Assembly (NCBI GenBank): GCA_963777505.1
Contig: CAVZQN010000004.1
Span: 1,600,001-1,664,000, forward strand
DNA: 64,000 bases
Reading direction: 5' to 3'
DNA from: an uncultured bacterium
GTDB taxonomy: Bacteria > Acidobacteriota > HRBIN11 > JAKEFK01
How positions within the stretch are numbered: the stretch's first letter is position 1; each line of letters opens with the position of its first letter. A program made the position numbers and the translations under genes. The notes under the pieces are model-generated. The model made no database searches, was not told the origin of the DNA, and saw only the letters and a list, made by a program, of their open reading frames with translations. This document shows positions 49,556 to 59,555 of the stretch, piece after piece.

Positions 49556-51133
49556 ATGGCAAATCGATATGACGCAATTATTATCGGTGGCGGTCACAAC
49601 GGACTTGTTACAGGTGCATATTTAGGCAAAGCTGGAAAGAAAGTTGTTGTACTTGAAAGACGTCACCTGGTTGGCGGTGCAGCTGTTACAGAAGAAATTT
49701 ATCCTGGATTCAAATACACAGTAGCATCGTATGTTGTAAGTTTACTTCGTCCTGAAATTGTCCGGGAGTTAGAGCTCCCTAAATATGGACTTGAAATTTT
49801 ACCTCTTGAAAGTACGGTAACGCCCTTGCCTAATGGAGATTATCTTGGGCGCTGGCCTGATCATGCAAAAACGCGGCGCGAACTGATGCGCCACTCAGTT
49901 GCTGATGCCGAAGCTTACGATCAATTCGGTAAGCTGATGTATCACATGGCTGTTTTGGTCAAACCCATTTTGGGAATGACTCCGCCGCGTATTGGATCAT
50001 TCAATCCTTCCGAACTGATGCGTCTTGCCGGGCTTGGAAAGCATTTCCGTAAGACCGGCGAAGAATATATCTACGATATGCATAAGCTGATGACGATGAG
50101 CTCAGCGGATTATCTGGATGAATGGTTTGAAACCGAATGTTTGAAAGCAACAATGTCTGCGAGTGGAATTATTGGCACATTTTTAGGGCCCCGTTCACCT
50201 GGAACTGCTTACGTTTTGCTGCACCATTACATGGGTGAAATTGATGGGAACTTCCGCGCATGGGGATTTCAGCGTGGCGGAATGGGTGCGCTTAGCGAAT
50301 CCATGGCTGGTGCGGCCCGCGCACAAGGTGTAGAAATACAACTTGAACGTTCGGTCTCAAAGATTCTCATTCGAAATGGTACTGCTTATGGCGTTGCTCT
50401 TGATAATGGTGATGAGCTGCATGCGCCGATCGTGGCTTCGAGCCTTGATCCGAAACGCACGTTCTTGCAGCTGATTGATAAGAATGAATTGCCTGCAGAC
50501 TTTGTCAGACAAATAGAAAACTACAAGATTCGAGGCTCTTCAGGAAAAGTGAATCTTGCACTTGATGCACTCCCAAATTTCACGTGCCTTCCAGGAGATG
50601 GCCCTCATCTTCGTGGTGCATTTTCAATCAGTCCTTCGATTGATTATCTAGAACGGGCTTATGATGATGCAAAGTATGGAAATTTTTCACAAAAGCCTTA
50701 TATGGATATCGTTTTGCCTTCCATGATTGATCCTTCAATGGCACCCCCAGGAAAACATGTGATGTCGATTTTTGTTCAGTATGCGCCGTATCACTTGAAG
50801 ACCGGAACCTGGGAAGAGAAGCGTGAAGATTTTGGTGATGCTGTTATCAATACTCTTAGTGAGTATGCACCAAACATAAAGGATATAATTCTTCATCGCC
50901 AGGTTTTGTCTCCATGGGATATTGAACAAAGATTTGGCCTGACTGAAGGAAACATTTTTCAGGGTGAGTTATCACTTGATCAATTGTTCTTTTTACGGCC
51001 TGCAGCAGGTTGGGCACAATTCCGTACACCCATTAGAAATTACTATTTGTGCGGATCAGGCGCGCATCCGGGCGGGGGAGTAATGGGAGCTCCAGGCAGA
51101 CTTGCAGCTCTGGAGATTTTGAAAGATCACTAA
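49556..51133 (+). CDS. Phytoene-dehydrogenase-like FAD oxidoreductase (COG1233), paralog A
   Basis: GGGHNGL, GGAAVTEE, GNIFQGEL, GAHPGGGV.GAPG. Confidence 0.9.
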   Translation: MANRYDAIIIGGGHNGLVTGAYLGKAGKKVVVLERRHLVGGAAVTEEIYPGFKYTVASYVVSLLRPEIVRELELPKYGLEILPLESTVTPLPNGDYLGRWPDHAKTRRELMRHSVADAEAYDQFGKLMYHMAVLVKPILGMTPPRIGSFNPSELMRLAGLGKHFRKTGEEYIYDMHKLMTMSSADYLDEWFETECLKATMSASGIIGTFLGPRSPGTAYVLLHHYMGEIDGNFRAWGFQRGGMGALSESMAGAARAQGVEIQLERSVSKILIRNGTAYGVALDNGDELHAPIVASSLDPKRTFLQLIDKNELPADFVRQIENYKIRGSSGKVNLALDALPNFTCLPGDGPHLRGAFSISPSIDYLERAYDDAKYGNFSQKPYMDIVLPSMIDPSMAPPGKHVMSIFVQYAPYHLKTGTWEEKREDFGDAVINTLSEYAPNIKDIILHRQVLSPWDIEQRFGLTEGNIFQGELSLDQLFFLRPAAGWAQFRTPIRNYYLCGSGAHPGGGVMGAPGRLAALEILKDH

Positions 51134-51148
51134 AAAACGGGAGAAAAT

Positions 51149-51913
51149 ATGACACGTCAATTTGTTCGCGCTTTGTGTGGTTTTACCTGCGTGCTTCTCT
51201 TACTTGCAGTTGGTTGCATCAACTATGATCAAAAAATGGAATTGAATTCAAACGGATCCGGCAAAATGGTCATGCATTACAGCATGGCACAGCAACTAGT
51301 TTCTATGATGCAGATGGGTGGTGACGCAGCTGGTGGTGAGACCGGCGGAGACCAGGAAATGCCATTCAAGCTGAAAGAAGAAGAAGTAAAAGCAGACTTG
51401 GTTGCTCCCGGAGTCAAGGTGGAAAAATTTGAAACGAAAACAGAAGGCGATCAACAACATTTTTATGTGCATTTATCCTTCGACAATGTTACAAGCCTGA
51501 ACAAAACAAAAACCTTCAAGGACATGCAAGTTACATGGAAGGAAGAGGGCGGCGTTACGACATTTTCCCAACTATTGAAAGCGAAAAAGAAGGAAGCCGG
51601 TGCGACCCAGGGTGACGATGCGATGGGAAAACAAATGGCTTCGGCAATGTTTGGAAATGCAGCGTTTAAATATAACGTAAAATTTCCCGCCAAAGTTTTA
51701 CCTGCACCGGATACAAATGGAACGATCGCTGAAGATGGTCAAACTGTAAGCTGGAGTTTTCCTCTGGTTGAAATGGACTCAGGCGACAAAGTCATGACGG
51801 CTAAATTCAAATCCGGCGGCTTATCGATGAAAACACTGGCAATTATTGCTGGCGCCGGACTGTTAACACTCATTGGTTTGGTCGGAATTATCTTAATGAT
51901 GCGCAAGAAATAA
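51149..51913 (+). CDS. Lipoprotein with an additional C-terminal TM anchor (LppM-like topology)
   Basis: Lipobox LAVGC; C-terminal hydrophobic helix followed by RKK. Confidence 0.7.
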   Translation: MTRQFVRALCGFTCVLLLLAVGCINYDQKMELNSNGSGKMVMHYSMAQQLVSMMQMGGDAAGGETGGDQEMPFKLKEEEVKADLVAPGVKVEKFETKTEGDQQHFYVHLSFDNVTSLNKTKTFKDMQVTWKEEGGVTTFSQLLKAKKKEAGATQGDDAMGKQMASAMFGNAAFKYNVKFPAKVLPAPDTNGTIAEDGQTVSWSFPLVEMDSGDKVMTAKFKSGGLSMKTLAIIAGAGLLTLIGLVGIILMMRKK

Positions 51914-51956
51914 TTTATCGAAGCGCGCTGTCTCAAGTGGAGCAAAATAAAAATCT

Positions 51957-53528
51957 ATGGCATATGACGCAATTGTAATTGGCGCAGGTCACAACGGTCT
52001 AATAACTGCCGCAAAATTGGGAAAAGCCGGGAAGAAGGTTCTGGTTTTGGAACGTCGTAATATAGTTGGCGGCGCGGCTGTGACGGAAGAAACTTATCCC
52101 GGATTTCGATATTCAACCTGCGCATATTCGCCTGGACTCTTTCAAGCATCCATAGCAGATGAACTCAATCTTGCAAAATATGGTTATTCAACGATTGAAT
52201 TTGATCCAGCTCTTGTTGCTCCATCGCCCGATGGCGAACCACTCTACTTCTGGAATGACCAGGCACGAACGATAGAAGGGATTGCTAAGAAGTCTGTTAA
52301 TGATAGCAAGCGCTATCCGGAATTTATTGCCGATATGGAACGGCTCGTTAAACATTTAAAGCCGCTTCTAACAAAATCTTTACCAGATCCTGCTACAGCA
52401 GGTGTCTCAGATCTCGGTGAATTGTTAGCACTTGCCTGGAAGCTAAAGGGATTACGGGAACGCGATATCCTGGAAATGCTTCGCGTTCTTCCAATGAGCA
52501 TTTTCGATTTGCTCAATCAATACTTCGAAAATCCTCATCTTAAAGGAGTTTTAGCTAGCGAAGGTATTTTTGGAAGCTTTTACGGTCCGCGCTCAGCAGG
52601 CTCTGTCTATGTGATGCTTTATTTGCGGATGGGAAGAGGAGATGGATCTAAGTTTGGCTGGCCATTTTGCAAGGGTGGAATCGGAACTCTGACGCAGGCG
52701 ATCGCTCAAGCTGCGAAAAGCCATGGCGTGGAGATCAGAACTGGAGTGGATGTTGCGCAAATTCAAATCAAAGATGGTGTTGCAACTGGAGTTGTGCTTT
52801 CAAATGGCGATGAAATTTCCAGCAATATTGTTGTTTCAAACGCAGATGCGAAGCGTACGTTTTTGAAACTTGTCAATCCGATTTATCTCGAACCGCATTT
52901 CCTGGTCAAAATACGTGCGATTAAATCTCGCGGCGTAAGTTGTAAAGTGAACTTTGCATTGGATGGGTATCCAAATTGGAAGGGCTTGAATTCAGGCCAA
53001 CAGCCTGCTGCACTTTGTATTGCGCCCGATATGGATTATCTTGAAAAAGCATTTGATGATGCAAAATACGGAAGACCGTCAAAAGCACCATTTCTGGATA
53101 TTGCAATTCCTACAGTCGCAGATTCAAGTATTGCTCCACAAGGAAAACATGTGATGTCGGTTTATGCCTTATTTGCTCCATATCATTTGAAAGAAGGCGA
53201 TTGGAACCAAAAAAGAGATGAATTCGGCGACACAGTTGTAAAAACTATTGAGACATATGCGCCAGGGTTCTCAAAATTGATTCTTCACAGACAGGTAGTT
53301 ACACCACTGGATCTTGAAACTGAATTTGGACTTACTGAAGGAAACATCAATCAGGGTGAAATTTCGCTGGATCAAATCATGTTCATGCGTCCGGTTTCAG
53401 GATATTCACGGTACAAAACGCCGATTGAAAAACTCTACCTCTGCGGTGCTGCAACTCATCCAGGCGGAGGCGTTACTGGAATTCCCGGGTCGCTTGCAGC
53501 CAGTCAAATCCTTTCCGATTGGAAGTAG
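51957..53528 (+). CDS. Phytoene-dehydrogenase-like FAD oxidoreductase (COG1233), paralog B
   Basis: GAGHNGL, GGAAVTEE, GNINQGE, THPGGGVTG.PG. Confidence 0.9.
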   Translation: MAYDAIVIGAGHNGLITAAKLGKAGKKVLVLERRNIVGGAAVTEETYPGFRYSTCAYSPGLFQASIADELNLAKYGYSTIEFDPALVAPSPDGEPLYFWNDQARTIEGIAKKSVNDSKRYPEFIADMERLVKHLKPLLTKSLPDPATAGVSDLGELLALAWKLKGLRERDILEMLRVLPMSIFDLLNQYFENPHLKGVLASEGIFGSFYGPRSAGSVYVMLYLRMGRGDGSKFGWPFCKGGIGTLTQAIAQAAKSHGVEIRTGVDVAQIQIKDGVATGVVLSNGDEISSNIVVSNADAKRTFLKLVNPIYLEPHFLVKIRAIKSRGVSCKVNFALDGYPNWKGLNSGQQPAALCIAPDMDYLEKAFDDAKYGRPSKAPFLDIAIPTVADSSIAPQGKHVMSVYALFAPYHLKEGDWNQKRDEFGDTVVKTIETYAPGFSKLILHRQVVTPLDLETEFGLTEGNINQGEISLDQIMFMRPVSGYSRYKTPIEKLYLCGAATHPGGGVTGIPGSLAASQILSDWK

Positions 53529-53559
53529 CTCTTAACCTCAAAGACTCAAAGTTATCTGT

Positions 53560-53862
53560 CTATCGGTAGATATTGATCCAGGAGCGGCTGTAATAATCGG
53601 TAAGGGTTAAGGTAAGCAGGATTGCAAGCCAGAAAAATCCGGCGACCACGCACAGTCGAACGACACTATCACTGTATCGTACATGCATAAAATACAGCAC
53701 CACAAGTGTGCCTTTCAAAACTGCAATCGAAACGGCAATGATCGTATTCCACTTACCAAAATCTTGCATCGATGCAAAAACTGTAACGGCTGTTAAGATC
53801 ATCAAGCTGAGAAATATAGCTATATAAATCTTGATAGGCACAACATGATGTTGTTCTGACAT
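53560..53862 (-). CDS. Cytochrome c oxidase subunit IV (caa3 type)
   Basis: 3 TMs; K..LVVLYFMH. Confidence 0.9.
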   Translation of the reverse strand: MSEQHHVVPIKIYIAIFLSLMILTAVTVFASMQDFGKWNTIIAVSIAVLKGTLVVLYFMHVRYSDSVVRLCVVAGFFWLAILLTLTLTDYYSRSWINIYR

Positions 53863-53869
53863 TATTTCC

Positions 53870-54517
53870 TCAATGGTGTCTGCTAATTAAATAAAGGAAA
53901 GGAAATAAGAAAATCCAAACGATATCTACAAAATGCCAGTACAATCCGCAATTTTCAACCGGCGAATAATATTCAGCTGAATACAATCCTCTCCATGAAT
54001 TGAATACAAGCCAGGAAAGCAACCCGATTCCAATAATCATGTGGAGTGCGTGCAATCCGGTCATGCAGAAATACAATGAAAAGAATATTTGTGCATGTTC
54101 CGGATCCGTGACTTCCGTGAAATGAAAATTCACTCCGGGAACATGATGATGTTTAAACTTGTCTGCATATTCAACGACTTTGATGCCTAAAAATATTGAT
54201 CCAAGAATAATCGTAAGAACCAAAAAGAATAGCAGTGCTTTTCTCTTGCTTGTTTGAGCGGCATGTACAGCAAGCGCCATAGTTAAGCTACTGCCGATCA
54301 GAACTCCTGTATTGATACTTCCCAGAGTCACATCGAGAGTATTACTGGCTGCAACAAATGCGGCGTGATACGTACTGCGGTAAATGACATATGCCAGAAT
54401 CAAACCGCCGAAAAACATAATTTCTGTGACCAGGAAGACCCACATTCCAAGGTTTGACGCTTCGCGTTGTTGTTGCGGAGAATCAAAATGGTGTAAGAAG
54501 GCCGGGTTTTCAGACAA
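53870..54517 (-). CDS. coxC: Cytochrome c oxidase subunit III
   Basis: GMWVFL.TE..FF, TGLHALH, YWHFVDIVW. Confidence 0.92.
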   Translation of the reverse strand: MSENPAFLHHFDSPQQQREASNLGMWVFLVTEIMFFGGLILAYVIYRSTYHAAFVAASNTLDVTLGSINTGVLIGSSLTMALAVHAAQTSKRKALLFFLVLTIILGSIFLGIKVVEYADKFKHHHVPGVNFHFTEVTDPEHAQIFFSLYFCMTGLHALHMIIGIGLLSWLVFNSWRGLYSAEYYSPVENCGLYWHFVDIVWIFLFPFLYLISRHH

Positions 54518-56123
54518 CTTCAACCTCCTTTGGTGAATATGCGTATGCGTCTTCTGTCACAACTGGTGTTTCTGCAAAAATTCTCGGTGGGCGGCGGTGA
54601 GGGTGTCTCCCACTCCAATCCTTTTGCATTCCATGGATTGGATGATGCAGCGGGACCGTAACGCATCGACCAAACGAAATAAATCATCGGGATCAAATAT
54701 CCGATTCCTAAAATTGATGCGCCTGCGGAAGACATGACGTTCAATACTTGAAATTCTTCTGGATAGAAATGATAACGGCGCGGCATTCCAAGATATCCAA
54801 CAACAAATTGCGGGAAGAACGTTAAATTAAATCCTATGAAAACGACTAGAGCTGCAAATCGTGCCCAACCTTCTGGATATAATTTGCCGCTGATCTTTGG
54901 CCACCAGTAATGAAGTCCGCCAAGATAAGCCATAATTGTGCCGCCCACCATGATGTAATGAAAATGTGCAACGATAAAGTATGTGTCATGCACATGAATA
55001 TCGAGACCCAGGCTCGCAAGAAAGAGCCCTGTTAAGCCTCCAATCAAAAACAGACCGATAAATCCGAATGCATAAAGCATCGGCGTTGCATAGGAGATAG
55101 AGCCTTTGTAGAGTGTGGCGGTCCAATTAAAGACCTTTATAGCAGATGGAATTGCAACCAGAAAACTTAAGATCGAAAAAATCATCGCAGCATAAACAGA
55201 TTGTCCTGTTGTGAACATATGATGTCCCCAGACAAAAAATCCGATCACTGCAATTGCAAGACTTGAGAATGCAACAAAGCTATAGCCGAAGATTCTTTTT
55301 CTTGAGAAAGCTGCGACGAGTTCGCTGATCACACCCATCGCAGGAAGGATCATGATGTACACGGCGGGATGCGAATAAAACCAGAATAGATGCTGAAATA
55401 GTACGGGATCACCACCTAGCGATGGATCAAAAATTCCTAGCCGCAAAGCTCTTTCGGCAACAACCAGCAGCAGAGTAATTGCGATTACTGGAGTTCCCAA
55501 AATCATGATGAGGCTGGTTGCATAATGTGCCCAGATAAAAAGTGGCAGGCGGAACCAGGTAAGGCCTGGAGCGCGCATTTTATGAATCGTCACGATGAAG
55601 TTCAGTCCCGTAAAGATGGACGAGAATCCTGTGACAAACACGCCGATTCCAGTTGCTATCACGTGTGTCTTTGTCACTTCTGTTGAATATGGTGTGTAAA
55701 ATGTCCATCCCGTATCAACACCGCCGCTAATCACAACATAGACTGTAAAAATTGCTCCAATCATGTATAGATACCAGCTCAATAAGTTGATTCGCGGAAA
55801 CGCAAGATCTCGTGCTCCGATCATCATTGGAACAAGAAAATTCCCAAGCGTCGCTGGGATCGCTGGAATTAGAAAAAGAAAAACCATGACTACGCCATGA
55901 AGCGTAAACATTTTGTTGTATGTATCGGATTGCATGAGGTCGCCTGGAGGTGTCAGAAGTTCAAGCCGGATTAGTACAGCGAAAGCTCCCCCAGAAAGAA
56001 GAACAATGTGATGGATGCAAGATAAAGGAGTGCAATCCGTTTGTGATCGACTGTCAGCAGCCATGACTTTACGCCATAAGCCACATTCAAATAATTCGTA
56101 AGAGGTTTAGTTTGAGTGTTCAT
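54510..56123 (-). CDS. coxA: Cytochrome c oxidase subunit I (type A2); frame breaks near 55990 and 54580
   Basis: DHKRI, YSHPAVY, WGHH, HFH, MPRR; N-terminus from ATG 56123 and C-terminal [12 protein letters not shown] lie in other frames, at G and T homopolymers. Confidence 0.92.
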
Positions 56124-57111
56124 TGGTTCTTCACCTCTTCCGGTACGTTCGCTGGTGCCGAAGCAGCAGTCGAGGTATCGTTGGTTTTACGAAGGCTTTT
56201 AATGTATGCAATTAACTGCAGCAATCCTTCTTCACTGATTTGACCTTGATAAGTTGGCATAATTGGTTGATAGCCTGCAACGATTTTTACGTGCGGATTT
56301 ACAATGGATTCCCGCAGATATGTTTCATCGACTTTTATAGTTTCACCAGTTTGCATTTGGACTTCGCTTCCGAATAGTCCAGCCAGAATTGGACCCCGTC
56401 CAACTCGATCAGGGAAATGACAAGTATTGCACGCAAGCTGTGTGAATAATTTTTCACCTGATTCCTCCAATGAGCCTCCGGTTGGACCCCCACTGATCCA
56501 GGCTTGAAAATATGAAGGTTCCATGACGTGCACCCAGCCGATCATACCTGCATGTTTTGTCCCGCAATATTCAGCACAGAAAATTCGATATCGCCCCGGC
56601 TTCGTTGCTTCAAACCAGATCGTTCGATAATGCCCCGGTATGACATCTCCTTTTACTCTGAACGCGGGAAAGAATAGAGCATGAATTACATCTTCTGATG
56701 CCATCGTTAACTTTACGGCACGGCCAACCGGAACATGGAGTTCATTAATTTCACGAACACCGTTCGGATGTTGAAACTTCCACATCCATTGTTTGCCAAC
56801 TACGAATACATCCATTGCTCCTGCCGGAGGGCGATTCAAATCGAAGTAAATCTTTGCAGCCCATCCAAAAATTCCAAGTGTGATTATCAAGGGAATAATC
56901 GACCATGTCAGTTCAAGCAGAACTGAGCCTGTAATCGCTTGCGGCTGCTCATTTTCTGAACGTCTTCGGTATTTGATTGCAAATACGATGACGTCAGCAC
57001 GATGAGCACGGTGAAAAATACACTGATCGCAATCAACGTAATGTATAAAGCGTCAACTTCTCCGGCTTTGCTGGAAGCTTGTTCCGGAAAAAGTGGAAAA
57101 TTTTCAAACAT
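56120..57111 (-). CDS. coxB: Cytochrome c oxidase subunit II with C-terminal cytochrome c; frame break near 56994
   Basis: [16 protein letters not shown] (CuA), CNTCH heme; N-terminal PLFPEQAS part is in ORF 56908-57159. Confidence 0.92.
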
Positions 57112-57112
57112 T

Positions 57113-57916
57113 TTATTTATTCTTTGCGACTCTGCGGTTAGTAATGATAAAAATTCCAAGACAGATTACGGTTATGATTCCTCCGAGCCTTACAAAGTTC
57201 AACGCATAAGCGCTGTATTTCCCTGTGCTCGGATCGTAATGAAAACAAAAAAGAAGTATTTGATCTCGAATTGAACCAATCTTGCCTTTTGAAGCTTCGA
57301 CTAGTGCAAGTCTGAGATCACGAGCAGAATATTCCACACCATAGAAGTAGTTCGAAATCTTTCCTTGCGGTGTTATCACCATGATGGCGGCACCATGCGC
57401 AAATTGTCCTGATTTTTGATCATAGTTGTAGCGGAACCCAACTGACTTTGTTAACTCAGCTATCGAATTGCGGTCGCCTGTCATGAAATGCCATCCTGAT
57501 TCTGTCCCAGGTCTCTTATATGCCGCGGCATACACGGCCTTCTTTTTAGAAGCGAGTTGTGGTGTTTCACTTGGATCAAAACTGACCGTCACAACTTCAA
57601 AATCGCGTCCCATTTCAAGATTCAGAACCTTTAACGATTTCAGCAGTCCATTCAATACTTCCGTACAAAGCATCGGGCATTCGTAATAAACAAGTGACAG
57701 GATCACAGGCTTTTCTGTTTTGAAGTATTCCTGTAACTTAACCTTCCTGCCATGCTCATCTTGAAACATTAAGTGCAAAGGAAGTTGTTCATTGATTCGT
57801 TGATCGATTCCAACGCTTTTCAATGCGGGCGGAAGGCCATTGTCGGCACTTGTTGAGAACGGCAATTGAGTCAGCAGGAAAAAAAACATTGCGATAAGAC
57901 GGTTATTGTTGATCAT
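57113..57916 (-). CDS. SCO1/SenC-family copper chaperone
   Basis: YYECPMLC, AH, FCFHYDP. Confidence 0.9.
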   Translation of the reverse strand: MINNNRLIAMFFFLLTQLPFSTSADNGLPPALKSVGIDQRINEQLPLHLMFQDEHGRKVKLQEYFKTEKPVILSLVYYECPMLCTEVLNGLLKSLKVLNLEMGRDFEVVTVSFDPSETPQLASKKKAVYAAAYKRPGTESGWHFMTGDRNSIAELTKSVGFRYNYDQKSGQFAHGAAIMVITPQGKISNYFYGVEYSARDLRLALVEASKGKIGSIRDQILLFCFHYDPSTGKYSAYALNFVRLGGIITVICLGIFIITNRRVAKNK

Positions 57917-58376
57917 TTGTGGCCTTATTCGTTTGTGCGGCTGGCGCAGTCTGAGTCTGATTTTCTTTCTCAGCTAGAATCCTGATTGCATCATCAATCG
58001 GAATTCGGATGATTCCGTTCTGCGGATCAACCCATCCATATTCTTTTAAAAGGCTTGCATCTGATTGCATTGCTGAATTCGCAGAAGGGGTGTCAAAGAT
58101 CTGCCTTGAAGAATCTGATTTATTTGGCATGGCTTGAAGCCGCGGCTCTGCAGGCAGGACCTGTTGTTTCGGGTACAAAGGTGAAAGGACTGGATCTTCC
58201 GCTTTTTTTCGTTCATCCAGGAATCTAAACAACCACCAAACCACAATATGAACAACTACAGCGATGACTACCAAAGCAATACCAAACTTCAGAATCGCCC
58301 CGGTGTTTACCCCGGATGGATCTGCCGGAGGAATTATTTCCTTTAAACTCTTGTCATCTAGCTTTTCAGGTTCCAT
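57903..58376 (-). CDS. ActG-like single-TM accessory subunit
   Basis: One TM, PAEPRLQ, YGWVD...IRIPIDDAI; located after actF. Confidence 0.7.
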   Translation of the reverse strand: MEPEKLDDKSLKEIIPPADPSGVNTGAILKFGIALVVIAVVVHIVVWWLFRFLDERKKAEDPVLSPLYPKQQVLPAEPRLQAMPNKSDSSRQIFDTPSANSAMQSDASLLKEYGWVDPQNGIIRIPIDDAIRILAEKENQTQTAPAAQTNKATNDQQ

Positions 58377-58382
58377 AAGTTC

Positions 58383-59555
58383 TCATGCATGCTTAGGTGC
58401 TTCAGTCAGGTGAACATCTCTTTCAGGCAAATTCGGATCATAAAGAACTGCAAATGGGTGCTTTTTCAATTCGTTTAAAAACAGGCTCAAGCAGAGCGAG
58501 CCCAATCCTAACGGAAGAATGAAATCCAGAAAGTTAATGTGAAATCCTTTTTGATGTAATTCAGGTCCGATCAACCAGAACAGATCGACGAGCCGCATGA
58601 TCAGTACGCCAACGGCAACATAGCCCAGAGTTCGCGGATTTTTTTTCAATTGTTTAGAAAGAAGCACGATAAATGGCAACGCAAAATGCCCAACGATCAA
58701 TAAAATTCCTGCATATTTCCAGCCGCCTTGAATTCTGTGGATGTACCATACGTTTTCTTCCGGTAAATTCCCGGAATAAATAATGAGGTACTGAGAAAAG
58801 GACAGATAAGCCCAGATCATTACAAACGCGAGTAACAGTTTGCCAAGGTCATGAAATTGTTCCGGACCAATGATTTCTGAAAATGGTGAAAAGCGGGAAA
58901 GCCACGCAGCAATCGCAATAATAAATGCAAATGCAGATAGAACTTGTCCGGCAATAATAAGCAACCCAAAGATTGTTGAGAACCAATGCGGCTCTAAAGA
59001 CATCATCCAGTCTACGGATGCAAATGTCATTGTTAATCCGTATAAGACGAGTCCAGCTCCGCCAAGCGCTTCCAATCTTCCGAGGATTGCAGGATCTTGT
59101 GTTTGATCCTGTTTTAGTGAGAGTCGATTAAACACCCAGGCAAGCAGATTCCAGATTATGAAATAAATTGCGGCACGAAACAGGAAGAAGGGAACATTCA
59201 GATAAGGCGCTTTCGATTTCAAGATTTCATCGTTATTAACAACATCAGAATGAGTCCATTCATAAAGGGAATGGGTTCCAAAAGCGATTGGAAGGAATAA
59301 TAAGGCAAACACTGGAAGTAGTCTGATTGCGGCTTCCATGATCCTGCGAGTAACGGCGCCCCAGGCTCCTCCCGCGAGATGATAAATGCAAAGAATGACC
59401 ATGCATCCCAAGGAAATTCCAATGCAGAACACGTATGCAAAAAGATAAGATCGGAAAAATTGATCCCAATTGGTTGCGCCAATTATGAATGAGAGCAACA
59501 AAAGCACGCTTCCAATGATTCGTGTCGGTTTTTGAAGCTGCTCTATATTCGTCAT
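58383..59555 (-). CDS. actF: Alternative complex III membrane subunit ActF
   Basis: DWMMSLEPHWFSTIFG, HDLGKLL, SQYLII..NLPEE. Confidence 0.9.
   Translation of the reverse strand: MTNIEQLQKPTRIIGSVLLLLSFIIGATNWDQFFRSYLFAYVFCIGISLGCMVILCIYHLAGGAWGAVTRRIMEAAIRLLPVFALLFLPIAFGTHSLYEWTHSDVVNNDEILKSKAPYLNVPFFLFRAAIYFIIWNLLAWVFNRLSLKQDQTQDPAILGRLEALGGAGLVLYGLTMTFASVDWMMSLEPHWFSTIFGLLIIAGQVLSAFAFIIAIAAWLSRFSPFSEIIGPEQFHDLGKLLLAFVMIWAYLSFSQYLIIYSGNLPEENVWYIHRIQGGWKYAGILLIVGHFALPFIVLLSKQLKKNPRTLGYVAVGVLIMRLVDLFWLIGPELHQKGFHINFLDFILPLGLGSLCLSLFLNELKKHPFAVLYDPNLPERDVHLTEAPKHA

Noticed and set aside
49556-53528. Carotenoid biosynthesis cluster (crtI/crtO)
   Set aside because: No phytoene synthase, GGPP synthase or cyclase nearby; linked instead to a GcvT-like gene
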